64,000 bases of DNA from Obrimoposthia wandeli (lineage: Eukaryota). Each line of letters begins with the position of its first letter. The stretch's first letter is position 1. A program made the position numbers and the translations under genes. The notes below the pieces were generated by a model. The model was not told where the DNA came from. It saw only the letters and a program-made list of their open reading frames with translations, and made no database searches. This document shows, piece by piece, positions 33,200 to 43,898 of the stretch. The stretch spans positions 1 to 64,000 of the forward strand of contig CDROCS010006451.1 of NCBI GenBank assembly GCA_977020255.1. Direction: 5' to 3'.

Positions 33200-33331
33200 G
33201 CACTTCGCGTATCGGAATTGGGTGCGGCGTTAAAGACCGTCTAAAAGACGGATCTTTTAGCCGAGCCTCCATGGATGGATTTACGGCGTGTCGCCTAACG
33301 ACGTATCCAATCCCGATAGCAAGCGAAGTGC
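33200..33331. repeat. Repeat family R1, copy C (inverted relative to B)
   Basis: Arms GCACTTCGCGTATCGGAATTGG / CCAATCCCGATAGCAAGCGAAGTGC; core GAGCCTCCATGGATGGATTTACGGCG. Confidence 0.85.
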
Positions 33332-33349
33332 GATTCATAAACCAAATTT

Positions 33350-35333
33350 TTACTCTGTATCTTCAGCCAAAATCTGTATCAATTTCTGACGACCTTTTAC
33401 TTGATCACCCGCTTGTACTAATACTTCTGTAATCGTACCAGCAACACCTGCTTTCAATGGGTGTTCCATCTTCATCGCTTCTAATACGGCTAAGGTCTGG
33501 CCAACTTCTACAACATCACCGATCTTCACCATCACATCAACCATACCACCATCCATCGAGGCTAATACTTGATCTGATCCACCTTTGTTTTTCTTCTCTG
33601 ACTGCAAACTGATATCGGTAAAGGTTAAGTTACCATAACGGGCTGCCAAGTGAACTTGATCACAGCCTAGCGCATCACCTGCACCTTTTGTTTGGCTATA
33701 AGTAATACTGCGAACGATATCATCATGTAAATACTTTAAGGTATTTTCAGATTGTTCGACGACCTTAATCGTTTGTTTTGGCTTGACTTGTTGCTCTTCA
33801 TTATCAGAAACAAATTCTACAATGACTGTATTTTCACTAGTCGTTAATGCGAGTTCAAATGTTTGATCTTCGCACGACAATTTAATAACACGACTACCCG
33901 TTCTATTATTCTGCCAACCTGTTCCCGTGCTCACTTTAGAATTCAAAGCACATAAAATAGACGCGGCCAAAGCCACTTCGGTATCTTTAGCTTGTAATGG
34001 CTGCAAGCTAGGATCTTGGCTAAAATCGTCACCAATAAATGCTGTCGTCGCGTCACCCTGTATGAAGGTATCATTGCGAATGAGCGCTGAAAAGCACGGT
34101 TATCTTTATTCTGCCCCAGCCCGTATTTCGAGTACTGGCGGCGACGCGCTTCTTCGCGGTTTTCACCATAGGCAATAATTTTTGCCAGCATCGGATCATA
34201 AAACGGGCTAACCGTTTGACCTTGCTGAACTCCCGATTTAATGCCTGAATCAATACGAATGCCATCGCCAGAAGCAGGCTGCCACAAGTTTAATAAACCG
34301 GTTTGTGGAGACCAAAATTCGCACCAAGTCTTCGACGTATAAACACTTCCATCATGACCTGTTAACATCACATCTTCTTTCAATAATATGGCTTATGTAG
34401 CAACAGCATACTGCATCACCAAATTAAACTGTGATCAACTCAGTCCCCAGGTTAACCGCTGCAACCGCGTATTCATTTCTAGAAAGTAAAAGTTACCTTT
34501 ACTGTCCGCTAAACTGGCAATTGCCCGCACCATGGTTACCGAACTTTGCTGCGATAACCGCCGCTTCACCCATCATCAACAGCGCGTTTCTGGATTAACA
34601 AAAGGCGAAGGCTGCTAACGCTTTTTGCGTTGACGACGCTGTACCGAACAGTCACGTTCGCCCAGAACAAGCCATATTCACCCGTAGCGTAAAATAAACA
34701 CTTGAATTTCTATTGCGGTTTGCATCACTGCTTTTCAATAATCAGTTTCGCGCTACCATGCATTCCCAACACACTTCCGAGCGGGCTGACTTAATTAATT
34801 CTCAAAGGTCATTCACATGGTCACTAAGCATAATTACACCACCACCAACTGGCTTTAACATCTGGCATGCCGATTTCGATGGCTGCATTTTTTAATACAT
34901 CATCAGTTTGATCAGCACCGGCTTCATATCAGAAGAATGCCGTTACGCTGCAGCAATCATGGCAATTTTGGATAGCCGCTTACTGCATTAAATCCAATGC
35001 GCCAGGACGGGCCACAATAAACGTAATATTGGCATCAACACAGGCTTTTGCGAAAGCGGAGTTTTCAGATAAGAATCCATAACCTGGGTGAATCGCATCC
35101 GCGCCTGTTTTCTTCGCGGCAGCAATTAATTTGTCAGCGACTAAGTAACTTTCGCCAACCGGTGCCGCCAGCTAAATCTTCATCTGCAATGCTTTGCCGA
35201 GGGGCATCGCATGAAGCTGAAAATACGCAACCGTGCGATACCCTAAAGATTGCGCAGAACGAATAACGCGTACTGCAATTTCGCCACGGTTAGCGACAAG
35301 AACTTTACTCATTTTATTTAAAGAAGAACTCAT
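33350..35333 (-). CDS. atuF: Geranyl-CoA carboxylase alpha (biotin) subunit, multiply frameshifted
   Basis: N-terminus [18 protein letters not shown] at 35333; HPGYGFLSE; IRIDSGI...[13 protein letters not shown]; C-terminal EAMKMEH biotin site. Confidence 0.88.
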
Positions 35334-36146
35334 TATTTGGTTTCCTCTGTTACTGGCTCTAGTAGCGATGGTGTATCAGCCCAAGCCGGTAAACGTTTTT
35401 GCATAAAAGCAGCACCGCCTTCACGACCTTCACCCATCACAGCATCAGAAAAATCGATAGCGGCTTGATCTAATAACGATTCAATATCTTGTTTGTCGAC
35501 ATTATGAATCAAGGCCTTGGTCACCTGAGATGCTCGTGGTGCACATTTAAGCGCCAGCTTCACTGCTTTCGAGACGGCTTCTTCAAGCTGCTCGTTGTCT
35601 CGCGCCTGATGTAGTAACCTAGGCTCATTGCTTCTTGAGCTGGTGGAGTGCAATGGCCATTCGACGCGTTTGCGTCAAGCCAATGCGTTTAACCACAAAC
35701 GGCGCTATTTGTGCAGGAATAATACCTAACGACGTTTCAGGTAATCCAAACTGAGTTTTCTCAACGGCTATCGCTAAATCAGAAACACACGCTAAACCAA
35801 AACCTCCGCCGAGCACTGCGCCTTCTAAAGCACAAATAACCGCAGCAGGCAGATGATCAGCTTTCGTAATCAAGCGACCAAAAGCACGATTAAGTTCGAT
35901 TAAAGCTTGCTTATCAGCGCCTGCTGATTGCATGTCTTTAATATCACCACCGGCGCAGAAGTTGCCATTACCACCGCTAATAATTAATACACGATAGTAT
36001 TCGTCTTCAACTTTTTCCATCACCGACATTAGCTCATTGACCATTTTCAGGTTCATGGCATTCGCCTGTTTAGGACGGTTTAGCATGACTCGTAAGACAG
36101 GGCTTTGGTCCTGCACTACCAGCGTTTCAAATTCTTGTTGGCTCAT
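35333..36146 (-). CDS. atuE: Isohexenylglutaconyl-CoA hydratase AtuE, frameshift near 35640
   Basis: LNRPKQANAM, FCAGGDI, LEGAVLGGGFGL, GLPETSLGIIPAQIAPFVVKRIG; C-terminal EGREGGAAFMQKRLPAW. Confidence 0.85.
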
Positions 36147-36194
36147 ATCTCGCTACTCTCAATCATTTAGGCAATACAATACAACTTGCCCGTC

Positions 36195-36321
36195 AATGTG
36201 CTTGCGCTCAGCATGGAATTCATCCTTGTTCGGTCGCTGTGAATACTTCCCTGTAAGCTCTGCTATAGCATCCCTGCTATAGAAGCCCTCCAACGATAAA
36301 CTCCATACTTCACCGCACATT
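36195..36321. repeat. Repeat family R1, copy D
   Basis: Core CGCTGTGAATACTTCCCTGTAAGCTC-TGCTATAGCATCCCTGCTATAG; arms AATGTGC / GCACATT. Confidence 0.8.
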
Positions 36322-36372
36322 AACTATTTTTCTGGTTAATTCTACGGACAATAACAAAGAACTTAGTTAATT

Positions 36373-37530
36373 TTACTTACGCTTTTTAGGCAAGATATCC
36401 ATGTATTTACAAATAATGCCGATCATAATTTCATCCGCACCACCGCCGATGGAACCCAAACGATTATCACGATATAAACGAGAAACAACGTTATCCCACA
36501 TGAAGCCCATACCGCCCCAATATTGCAGGCAGGCATCCGTTACTTCACGAGATAGACGACCCGATTTCAATTTAGCCATAGACGCTAAACGAGTCATGTC
36601 TTCGCCCTGTAAGAAACCTTCACATGCTTGGTAAGTCATGCAACGTAATGCTTCAATTTCAGTTTGCAATTCTGCTAAACGGAAATGAACCACTTGGTTA
36701 TCAATAATTGGCTGACCAAAAGTTTTACGCTCTCGGGTATATTCAATCGTTGAGTTAATACAAAGTTCCATGCCTTTTAAAGACATCGCTGCAACGTACA
36801 TACGTTCTTTTTGGAACTGCATCATTTGCATCATGAAACCAGCACCTTCCGTACCGATTAGGTTTTTCTGTGGTACACGAACATTGTCGAAAAATATTTG
36901 TGCAGTATCAGAAGAACGCATACCTAACTTGTCTAACTTCTCAGAGAAGCTAATACCTTCTAAATTTGTCGGTACTACAATTAAGGATTTATTTTTATGC
37001 GGTTTATCATCCGATGTATTCACCAGTAAGCACACAAAATCTGCTTGCGTTGCGTTGGTGATCCACATTTTAGAACCGTTGATAATGTAATCATCGCCGT
37101 CTTTTGTAGCGTTCGTAGTAATCGCTGCAACGTCAGAACCTGCACCCGGCTCACTCACAGCAATCGCTGCAACCATGTCACCCGCAACAGCAGGTGCCAA
37201 GAAAGTTTCTTGCACATATTCGCTACCAAATTGCGCTAAAGCAGGCGTAGCCATACAAGTCTGCACGCCGATAGCCATTGGTACGCCACCACAAGTGATG
37301 CCACCAAATTCTTCTGCGGCTGCCATTTCATATGAGAAGTCTAATCCCATACCACCAGCAGATTCTGGTTTGGATATGCCTAATAAACCTAGGTCACCCA
37401 TTTTCTTGAACAATTCTTTCGCTGGAAAGATACCGTCTTTTTCCCACTGTTCGATATGTGGGTTAATTTCGTTCTCAACAAAGTTACGAACGGTTCTTTT
37501 AATTTCTTTGTGTTCTTGAGTCAGGATCAT
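36373..37530 (-). CDS. atuD: Citronellyl-CoA dehydrogenase AtuD (acyl-CoA dehydrogenase)
   Basis: AIAVSEPGAGSDV, NGSKMWITN, KLGMRSSDT, LQYWGGMG, IGGGADEIM; position in the atu cluster. Confidence 0.88.
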   Translation of the reverse strand: MILTQEHKEIKRTVRNFVENEINPHIEQWEKDGIFPAKELFKKMGDLGLLGISKPESAGGMGLDFSYEMAAAEEFGGITCGGVPMAIGVQTCMATPALAQFGSEYVQETFLAPAVAGDMVAAIAVSEPGAGSDVAAITTNATKDGDDYIINGSKMWITNATQADFVCLLVNTSDDKPHKNKSLIVVPTNLEGISFSEKLDKLGMRSSDTAQIFFDNVRVPQKNLIGTEGAGFMMQMMQFQKERMYVAAMSLKGMELCINSTIEYTRERKTFGQPIIDNQVVHFRLAELQTEIEALRCMTYQACEGFLQGEDMTRLASMAKLKSGRLSREVTDACLQYWGGMGFMWDNVVSRLYRDNRLGSIGGGADEIMIGIICKYMDILPKKRK

Positions 37531-37629
37531 TTTGTTATTCCTATTCTTTTAATCTTTAATTTTATAATTTCGTACGCGCTAAAATAGTTGATATTCATAA
37601 CACCGCAACTCTAAATATGGGCTTACTCT

Positions 37630-37738
37630 GCATGAGGTAGCTCGTTCTTCGCCACGCCGTAAATACGCCGCTGCGCTCTCCCTGTAGGCTCTCTACAGCT
37701 CCCTGCTGTAGAAGGGCTTCAAACGAGCCACCTAATAC
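37630..37738. repeat. Repeat family R1, copy E (close relative of B)
   Basis: CGCCGTAAATACGCCGCTGCGCTCTCCCTGTAGGCTC-TCTACAGCTCCCTGCTGTAGAAGGGC; arm ends CACCTAATAC. Confidence 0.85.
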
Positions 37739-37901
37739 ATCGCCTCTAATACTTTCTATTCTTCAAAGCCTTCAACAATCTAAATTTTACGACTTCTTGC
37801 TGTTTTTAGGCTTTCTGATTCAGCTCTACATTTCAAATTTTATTACTGTCAAACTTCACGCTTTGAAACGAAATACGTCATCTGAATTTTTATTGCTGCT
37901 A

Positions 37902-38061
37902 GCTTTCGCGTATCGGTATTGGGTGTGGCGTTTAAGGCCGTCAGATCCCAGGGAGCGAAGCGGCGTGAATACCTGCAACGACTGGGGATCTACGAGCCTA
38001 CATGGACGTATTCACGGCGTGCCGCCTAACGACATACCCAATATCGATAGCAAGCGAAAGC
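37902..38061. repeat. Repeat family R1, copy F (close relative of C, inverted relative to E)
   Basis: Arms GCTTTCGCGTATCGGTATTGGGT / ACCCAATATCGATAGCAAGCGAAAGC; core GAGCCTACATGGACGTATTCACGGCG with an inserted module. Confidence 0.85.
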
Positions 38062-38101
38062 GATTTAAAAACCAAAACCGTCAATCGCTCTTTGTAAAAT
38101 A

Positions 38102-39718
38102 CTAAAAACGCGATACACCAAAACTGTTGCCTTGAAGAGAGCGATGCTTCTCTTCATCACACATGTCTAATAGCATCACCAACAACTTACGCGTATCGCG
38201 TGGATCAATTAAACCGTCATCCCAAATGCGTGCTGTGCCGAACAAAGCGGTTGAACCCGCTTCTAATTTCGCCGCTGTCATTTGCTCAATCTGATCAAGC
38301 ATCTTCTCGTCAGGTACTTGACCCATCTTCAGCTGCTTCTCTTCGGTCACAATGCGTAAAACTTTACCCGCTTGTGCGCCGCCCATAACCGCAGTTTTAC
38401 TATTTGGCCAAGCAAAAATAAATCTTGGATCCAAACCGCGACCACACATCGCGTAGTTACCCGCACCATATGATCCGCCAATCACAATCGAGATTTTAGG
38501 AACACGAGCATTGGCAACAGACTGCAACATCTTCGAACCGTGCTTAATGATGCCGCTCTTTTCAGAATCGGTACCGACCATGAAGCCCGTCGTATTGTGT
38601 AAGAATAAAAGTGATACTTGGTTCTGATCACACAGCTGAATAAACTGCGCGGCCTTGTTAGCACCCTTCGCAGTGATCGGCCCATTATTACCAATAATGC
38701 CAACCGCATGACCTGAAATTTTGATAAATCCACACACCGTTTGAATATCGAAGTCTGGTTTAAAATCTTGGAATTCAGAGCCATCCGCAATACGCGCAAC
38801 CACTTCACGCACATCGTAAGGCTTCTTAGAATCACAAGGCACAACGCCTAATAACTCATCAGCACTGAATAATGGTTCGTCGTAAGTTTTTTCTGCACGC
38901 GGCGCAACTTGATCATTCCACGGTAGGCCTGCCATTACTTCACGCGCGATGCGTACACCATCAGCGTCATCTTCGGCTAAATAATCTGCAGTACCGGCTT
39001 CATAGGCATGCAATTCAGCGCCGCCTAATTCTTCATCCGTTGCAATTTCACCCGTCGCTGCTTTTAACAGAGGCGGCCCCGCTAAAAACATTTTTGTTTT
39101 ATTACGCACCGCGATAATGAAATCAGAAAGCCCCGGCTGATAAGCACCACCTGCCGTTGCATTACCATGCACAACCGTGACTTGTGGAATACCTGCCGCT
39201 GACAAACGTGCTTGGTTAGCAAACGCTTGAGCTCCCGGAACAAAAACATCCGTTGCGTACTGTAGATTTGCACCACCGGATTCTGCCAAAGTCACAATCG
39301 GTAACTTATTCGCACGGGCAATTTCTTGAATGCGTAAAGTTTTATCCAAGCCAGCAGGCGAGATAGTTCCGCCTTTAATCGCGCTGTTATTTACTTGAAT
39401 CATGCAACGCGCACCCGCTACATAACCAATGCCAGCAATAATACCGCCACCAGCGCTACTGCCGTCTTTATCGTCATGCATTTTCAAACCGGCTAAAGAA
39501 CACAACTCTAAAAAGTTAGAGCCTGAATCCAATAAAAGATTTAAACGTTCACGCGGCAATAATTTTCCACGCTTACGGAATTTTTCTTTCGCTTGCTCGG
39601 CTTTCGCTAATACTTTTTCTTCTACGTTTCGAAACTCGTCAATCGCGACTTGCATTGCTGCACAATTATTTGCAAATTCTTCACTATGCGTTTCAATTTC
39701 AGAACTTAAAATAGCCAT
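38102..39718 (-). CDS. atuC: Geranyl-CoA carboxylase beta (carboxyltransferase) subunit
   Basis: LLPRERLNLLLD, GGAYQPGLSD, FLAGPPL, YGAGNYAMCG, DDGLIDPRDTR. Confidence 0.9.
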   Translation of the reverse strand: MAILSSEIETHSEEFANNCAAMQVAIDEFRNVEEKVLAKAEQAKEKFRKRGKLLPRERLNLLLDSGSNFLELCSLAGLKMHDDKDGSSAGGGIIAGIGYVAGARCMIQVNNSAIKGGTISPAGLDKTLRIQEIARANKLPIVTLAESGGANLQYATDVFVPGAQAFANQARLSAAGIPQVTVVHGNATAGGAYQPGLSDFIIAVRNKTKMFLAGPPLLKAATGEIATDEELGGAELHAYEAGTADYLAEDDADGVRIAREVMAGLPWNDQVAPRAEKTYDEPLFSADELLGVVPCDSKKPYDVREVVARIADGSEFQDFKPDFDIQTVCGFIKISGHAVGIIGNNGPITAKGANKAAQFIQLCDQNQVSLLFLHNTTGFMVGTDSEKSGIIKHGSKMLQSVANARVPKISIVIGGSYGAGNYAMCGRGLDPRFIFAWPNSKTAVMGGAQAGKVLRIVTEEKQLKMGQVPDEKMLDQIEQMTAAKLEAGSTALFGTARIWDDGLIDPRDTRKLLVMLLDMCDEEKHRSLQGNSFGVSRF

Positions 39719-41583
39719 TAGACTGTTGCCCCATCTTCTGTATTAGAACTAGCCGTTAAAATAAGTGCTTGGTAATTTTCTTCTGCTTGCTTCGCTATTT
39801 CTGCTGGAACTGGAATTGGCATATCTAATAACTGCTGTGCCATTGCTTTACCTTGAGGATCTATTCTTAAACTGGCGATACCGCCACCACCCAATGCTTG
39901 TTCCAACATTAAGTTAAACGCGTTCAGTCCAGGTAAGGAATACAACTTCACATCACTTTTTTCACTCATAACATGAGATAAATACTGACGGATTTTATCG
40001 GGCTGTACCGCATTTTGAATATAAGTAAGATAAGCTGGATCGCGCGCAAGAATGCCTACATTACAGTGATCACCTTTATCACCACTTCGCGCCATGGCTA
40101 AATTAATCAGCGACGTTGAGGCATCACAAGAAGCTACCTTAATTTCAGCTTCGATTTCAACTAAGGCCGCGGAAGCATTCATAAAGTTTTCTAAAGACTC
40201 GCCTTTAGCAATAGCCACTACAGGGCTTTGATCATTTAAATTATATGAAACTTCAATTTGATCTTTTGGCCACAAGAAAGAGAATAAACGAATCATAGGG
40301 CTAGGCTTAGGTCGACCGCCCACTAATCCTGTTAATCCCGGTGCCATTGCCGTCGCTGCTTGAGCAATTTCACGTGCAAACAGTCCTAGCGCTTTTTTAT
40401 CTTGGTGATGAACGGCAATCTTAACGACGACTTCGCGATTGTTTAGAGATTGAGAATGCTCACCATAAGTTGTTTCGCTACCCAATACTTCAATATCGGT
40501 TGCCGTAAAAGCTTCTAAACCCATCGCTTGGAAAATAAAACTCACACGTTCAATAATGCTTTCTGCAACGCGCTGACCTTTTTCAACCGCTTGACGCCCG
40601 CCAATCATGAAAGAAGCATTACAACGAAAGCCATCAATATAAGTTGCGCTAACTTTATAATGATCTGATGGTGCACAACCTTTAGCACCAGAAACCAAAA
40701 CATGACCGTCATCTAATTGCTCTAGCTGCACTTGAGTAAAGTCACAGGTCACATCAGGCAATAGGTATTGTGAAGGATCACCAATTTCATAAAGAATTTG
40801 CTCGCCAACAGTCCCAACAGAAACTAAACCGCCAGTACCTTCTGGCTTGCTCACGATGAAAGAGCCATCACTGACACATTCTACAATCGGGAAACCCATG
40901 TTGGCGTAGCCTTCTTGTACTAGCTGCCAATCGGTAAAATTACCGCCTGTGCATTGCGCGCCACATTCAATCACATGGCCCGCTAACGAACCTTGTGCCA
41001 ATTGATCGTAATCAGTTTCAGTCCAATCAAACTCATGCATTAATGGCCCAAGCACGACTGCGCTATCAACCACACGGCCCGTGATCACAATATCAGCACC
41101 CGCATCAAGCGCATCACGTACAGCACTCGCGCCAAGATAACTGTTTACGCTTAAGCACTGCTCTGGAAACTCTTCCCCAGAAAACATTTCAACAACTCCT
41201 GCTTCCGCGAACTCTTGCTGACGCTTAACTAGGTTATCGCCTTCAACGGCCGCTACCTTTAAGTTCATGCCTGCCTTATCAATCGCAGCCTGTAACGCGG
41301 CTACACAGCCACGCACGTTGACGCCACCGGCATTACTCACGACTTTAATGCCCTGCTCAGCAATCGGCTTTAGCAAGCGCTCTATCGTCGCTACAAAATC
41401 TGGCGCAAAACCCGCTTCAGGGTTCTTCATACGCGCACCTGCCATAATCGACATGGTCACTTCGGCAAGGTAATCAAAAACCAAATAATCAATCTGGCCT
41501 TGCTTCACTAACTGTTGCGCCGCCATTGAGGTATCACCCCAAAACGCCGATGCACAACCAATACGTACTTTCTTTACAATCAT
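39718..41583 (-). CDS. atuA: Acyclic terpene utilization protein AtuA
   Basis: [48 protein letters not shown]. Confidence 0.93.
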   Translation of the reverse strand: MIVKKVRIGCASAFWGDTSMAAQQLVKQGQIDYLVFDYLAEVTMSIMAGARMKNPEAGFAPDFVATIERLLKPIAEQGIKVVSNAGGVNVRGCVAALQAAIDKAGMNLKVAAVEGDNLVKRQQEFAEAGVVEMFSGEEFPEQCLSVNSYLGASAVRDALDAGADIVITGRVVDSAVVLGPLMHEFDWTETDYDQLAQGSLAGHVIECGAQCTGGNFTDWQLVQEGYANMGFPIVECVSDGSFIVSKPEGTGGLVSVGTVGEQILYEIGDPSQYLLPDVTCDFTQVQLEQLDDGHVLVSGAKGCAPSDHYKVSATYIDGFRCNASFMIGGRQAVEKGQRVAESIIERVSFIFQAMGLEAFTATDIEVLGSETTYGEHSQSLNNREVVVKIAVHHQDKKALGLFAREIAQAATAMAPGLTGLVGGRPKPSPMIRLFSFLWPKDQIEVSYNLNDQSPVVAIAKGESLENFMNASAALVEIEAEIKVASCDASTSLINLAMARSGDKGDHCNVGILARDPAYLTYIQNAVQPDKIRQYLSHVMSEKSDVKLYSLPGLNAFNLMLEQALGGGGIASLRIDPQGKAMAQQLLDMPIPVPAEIAKQAEENYQALILTASSNTEDGATV

Positions 41584-41641
41584 ATTCAGACCCTAAAATA
41601 CTCACGCCAAATTCATAGTAAAATATCAATGACTCAAGACT

Positions 41642-41659
41642 ACCAAGCAAGCGCTTGGT
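41642..41659. promoter_or_regulatory. Candidate AtuR operator ACCAAGC-N4-GCTTGGT
   Basis: Perfect 7-bp arms in the atuA/atuR divergent gap, lying in the spacer of a possible atuA promoter TTTACA-N18-TAGTCT (minus strand, 41637-41666). Confidence 0.65.
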
Positions 41660-41733
41660 TTGTAAAGTATTCAATTCAATGTTATCTATACTTAGTAAGT
41701 ATATAAAAGACTAAAAATTGAGTATTTCTACTA

Positions 41734-42363
41734 ATGACCCAAAGTACGCCTAAGCCTTCCGCTGCCCATCAACAATTGATCGACCAAGGCATCATCAATG
41801 CTCCCGATAGTGCTAAGGGCCGTTTATTGCAGGGCGCAGCGACGCTTTTTAAAGAAAAGGGCTATGAACGCACCACCGTAAGAGACCTAGGTAAAGCGGT
41901 TGGCATTCAATCAGGCAGCCTGTTTCATCACTTTCCAAACAAAGAAGCCATCTTACGAGCGGTGATGGAAGAAACCATCTTGCTCAATACCGAGTTAATG
42001 AAAGCGGCCTTATCACAAAGTGATACACCGGAAGACAAAGTTTTAGCCCTTATCCAGTGCGAACTAGAATCAGTATTAGGTGAAACCGGTGCCGCTATGA
42101 CGGTATTGGTTTATGAATGGCGCTCTCTCAAAGATGAAAGCCAACAGCACATACTTAAATTGCGTAGCATTTATGAAAATTTATGGATTAGTGCTTTAAC
42201 CGAAGCCAAAGAGGCAGGTTTAGTGGTTATAGACCCTTCTGTTTTGAGACGATTACTCACCGGAGCATTAAGCTGGACAGTCAATTGGTATCGCCAAGAA
42301 GGGGATATGACCGTCGATCAACTGGCAAAAATGACACTTAGCCTAGCGATTAAGCCCGCATAA
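41734..42363 (+). CDS. atuR: TetR-family repressor AtuR
   Basis: TetR HTH (LFKEKGYERTTVRDL...GSLFHHF); divergent from atuA. Confidence 0.88.
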   Translation: MTQSTPKPSAAHQQLIDQGIINAPDSAKGRLLQGAATLFKEKGYERTTVRDLGKAVGIQSGSLFHHFPNKEAILRAVMEETILLNTELMKAALSQSDTPEDKVLALIQCELESVLGETGAAMTVLVYEWRSLKDESQQHILKLRSIYENLWISALTEAKEAGLVVIDPSVLRRLLTGALSWTVNWYRQEGDMTVDQLAKMTLSLAIKPA

Positions 42364-42479
42364 TTCTTCGAATCATTAGATAGTCAGTCAAAAAATATAA
42401 ATAAGTCATTGATATTCATGGGATTTTTGTTAACTTACCCACTAATATTCAAAGACGCGAGTTTTTCCTTAATTGCCTG

Positions 42480-42508
42480 TTGACATTACAGGCTCTACTC
42501 AGGATAAT
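42480..42508 (+). promoter_or_regulatory. Sigma70 promoter of rpsT
   Basis: TTGACA-N17-GATAAT, 43 nt upstream of the ATG. Confidence 0.8.
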
Positions 42509-42551
42509 TCACGCCCTAAATTTTACTAAATAATTCCCAAAGGAGCCGACT

Positions 42552-42818
42552 ATGGCAAATTCCGCTGGTTCGAAAAAACGCGCACGCCAGGCTGTAGTAC
42601 GTCGCTCTCGTAACGTAAGCCTACGTTCTATGGTTCGTACTTCTATCAAGAAAGTACAAGCTGGTATTGATGCAAACAACTATGAAGATGCACAGCTTGC
42701 ATTGACTAATGCTATGCCTTACATCGACAAGATGGTTACTAAAGGTATTTTGCACAAGAACAAAGCTGCTCGTACTAAGAGCCGTTTAAATACTACAGTT
42801 TTAGCTCTTAAAGGCTAA
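42552..42818 (+). CDS. rpsT: 30S ribosomal protein S20
   Basis: MANSAGSKKRARQ...RS.VRT.IKKV...LHKNKAARTKSRL. Confidence 0.98.
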   Translation: MANSAGSKKRARQAVVRRSRNVSLRSMVRTSIKKVQAGIDANNYEDAQLALTNAMPYIDKMVTKGILHKNKAARTKSRLNTTVLALKG

Positions 42819-42877
42819 TCTCTGTGTATTTATCTTAAGTCCAAAATCACTCAGCGGAGTGAGCTTAGGTCTTAAAT

Positions 42878-42905
42878 AAAAAAACCAGCTTCGGCTGGTT
42901 TTTTT
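42878..42905 (+). terminator. Rho-independent terminator of rpsT
   Basis: AAAAAAACCAGC-TTCG-GCTGGTTTTTTT. Confidence 0.9.
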
Positions 42906-43023
42906 GTGTCTGTAATAAATCAACCACAAACAAGTCATTCGTTCCTCAACGCCAGAAACTACAAAATTTCAGCTATTATTAAGCTATTCAAGAAAATAGC
43001 CTAATAGGAGTGCCTTACCACTC

Positions 43024-43785
43024 ATGTTTAACATGCCTCAAGTTATCTTATTACTTCTTATAACCAGTACCAGCCTTTTCCATACTACGACCTCTTGGGC
43101 TGATGATACTGCTCCCAAAGGCCTGACACTGACCATGGGCACCTCAAATGGACCTCCTTATATGATTCAAGAAACAGAATCAGGTCTCGATATTGACATC
43201 CCCAGAGCCGCCATGGCAAAAATTGGCTTCCCGCTAAGGCTCGAATTTTACCCTCTATCTCGGGCTATTCATGAACTACAAATGAACCGTATTCACTTAA
43301 CGGCACCCTTTTTCACCTCCGCGCCAAAAGGTATCTTTGTTTCAGATCCGCACATCGAATACCGGCCCAGCGTTATTACACTGACGACTATCAATGACCT
43401 CCAGAATATTTCAGAGCTCAATGACTACACTATTGCGACTTTTCAAGGAGCGACTGGCTATTTCGGAGATGAGTTTTATTACGCAAGTAAAAATGCTCCA
43501 GATTATGTTGAATCTCACGATATGAAAATGCTAGTTGATTTATTAATGAGCGAGCGCTATCAAGTTATTGTTCTAGATTATTGGATATTCCGATTTTTCC
43601 TCTCTAAATCCAAATATGCAGACCAACTTAATCAAGTAAACTTTCATGAGCTATTACCCCGCGTACCGGCTGCTGTTGCCTTCAACAATAAAGAGCTACG
43701 CGACAAATATAATAAAGGGCTACGCATGATAAAAGAAGACGGAAGCTATGAAGAAATCATCAATCGCTACCAACGAAACGAATGA
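43024..43785 (+). CDS. Periplasmic solute-binding protein (family 3-like), orphan
   Basis: Signal peptide, PPYM...GLDIDI, two-lobe SBP pattern, C-terminal N.GL..IK.DGSY..I. Confidence 0.8.
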   Translation: MFNMPQVILLLLITSTSLFHTTTSWADDTAPKGLTLTMGTSNGPPYMIQETESGLDIDIPRAAMAKIGFPLRLEFYPLSRAIHELQMNRIHLTAPFFTSAPKGIFVSDPHIEYRPSVITLTTINDLQNISELNDYTIATFQGATGYFGDEFYYASKNAPDYVESHDMKMLVDLLMSERYQVIVLDYWIFRFFLSKSKYADQLNQVNFHELLPRVPAAVAFNNKELRDKYNKGLRMIKEDGSYEEIINRYQRNE

Positions 43786-43898
43786 ATCTTTTAGCAATTG
43801 GATGCACCAAAATAAAATTCAATTTTAATCATCATCAAAGATCTATTTATGTAGAATAAACGCCATGTAATTTAATTGGCGAAGAACGGAATAGATAA

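Noticed and set aside
37797-38105. 102-aa ORF between atuC and atuD
   Set aside because: Mostly repeat copy F, TTG start, antisense to the operon.
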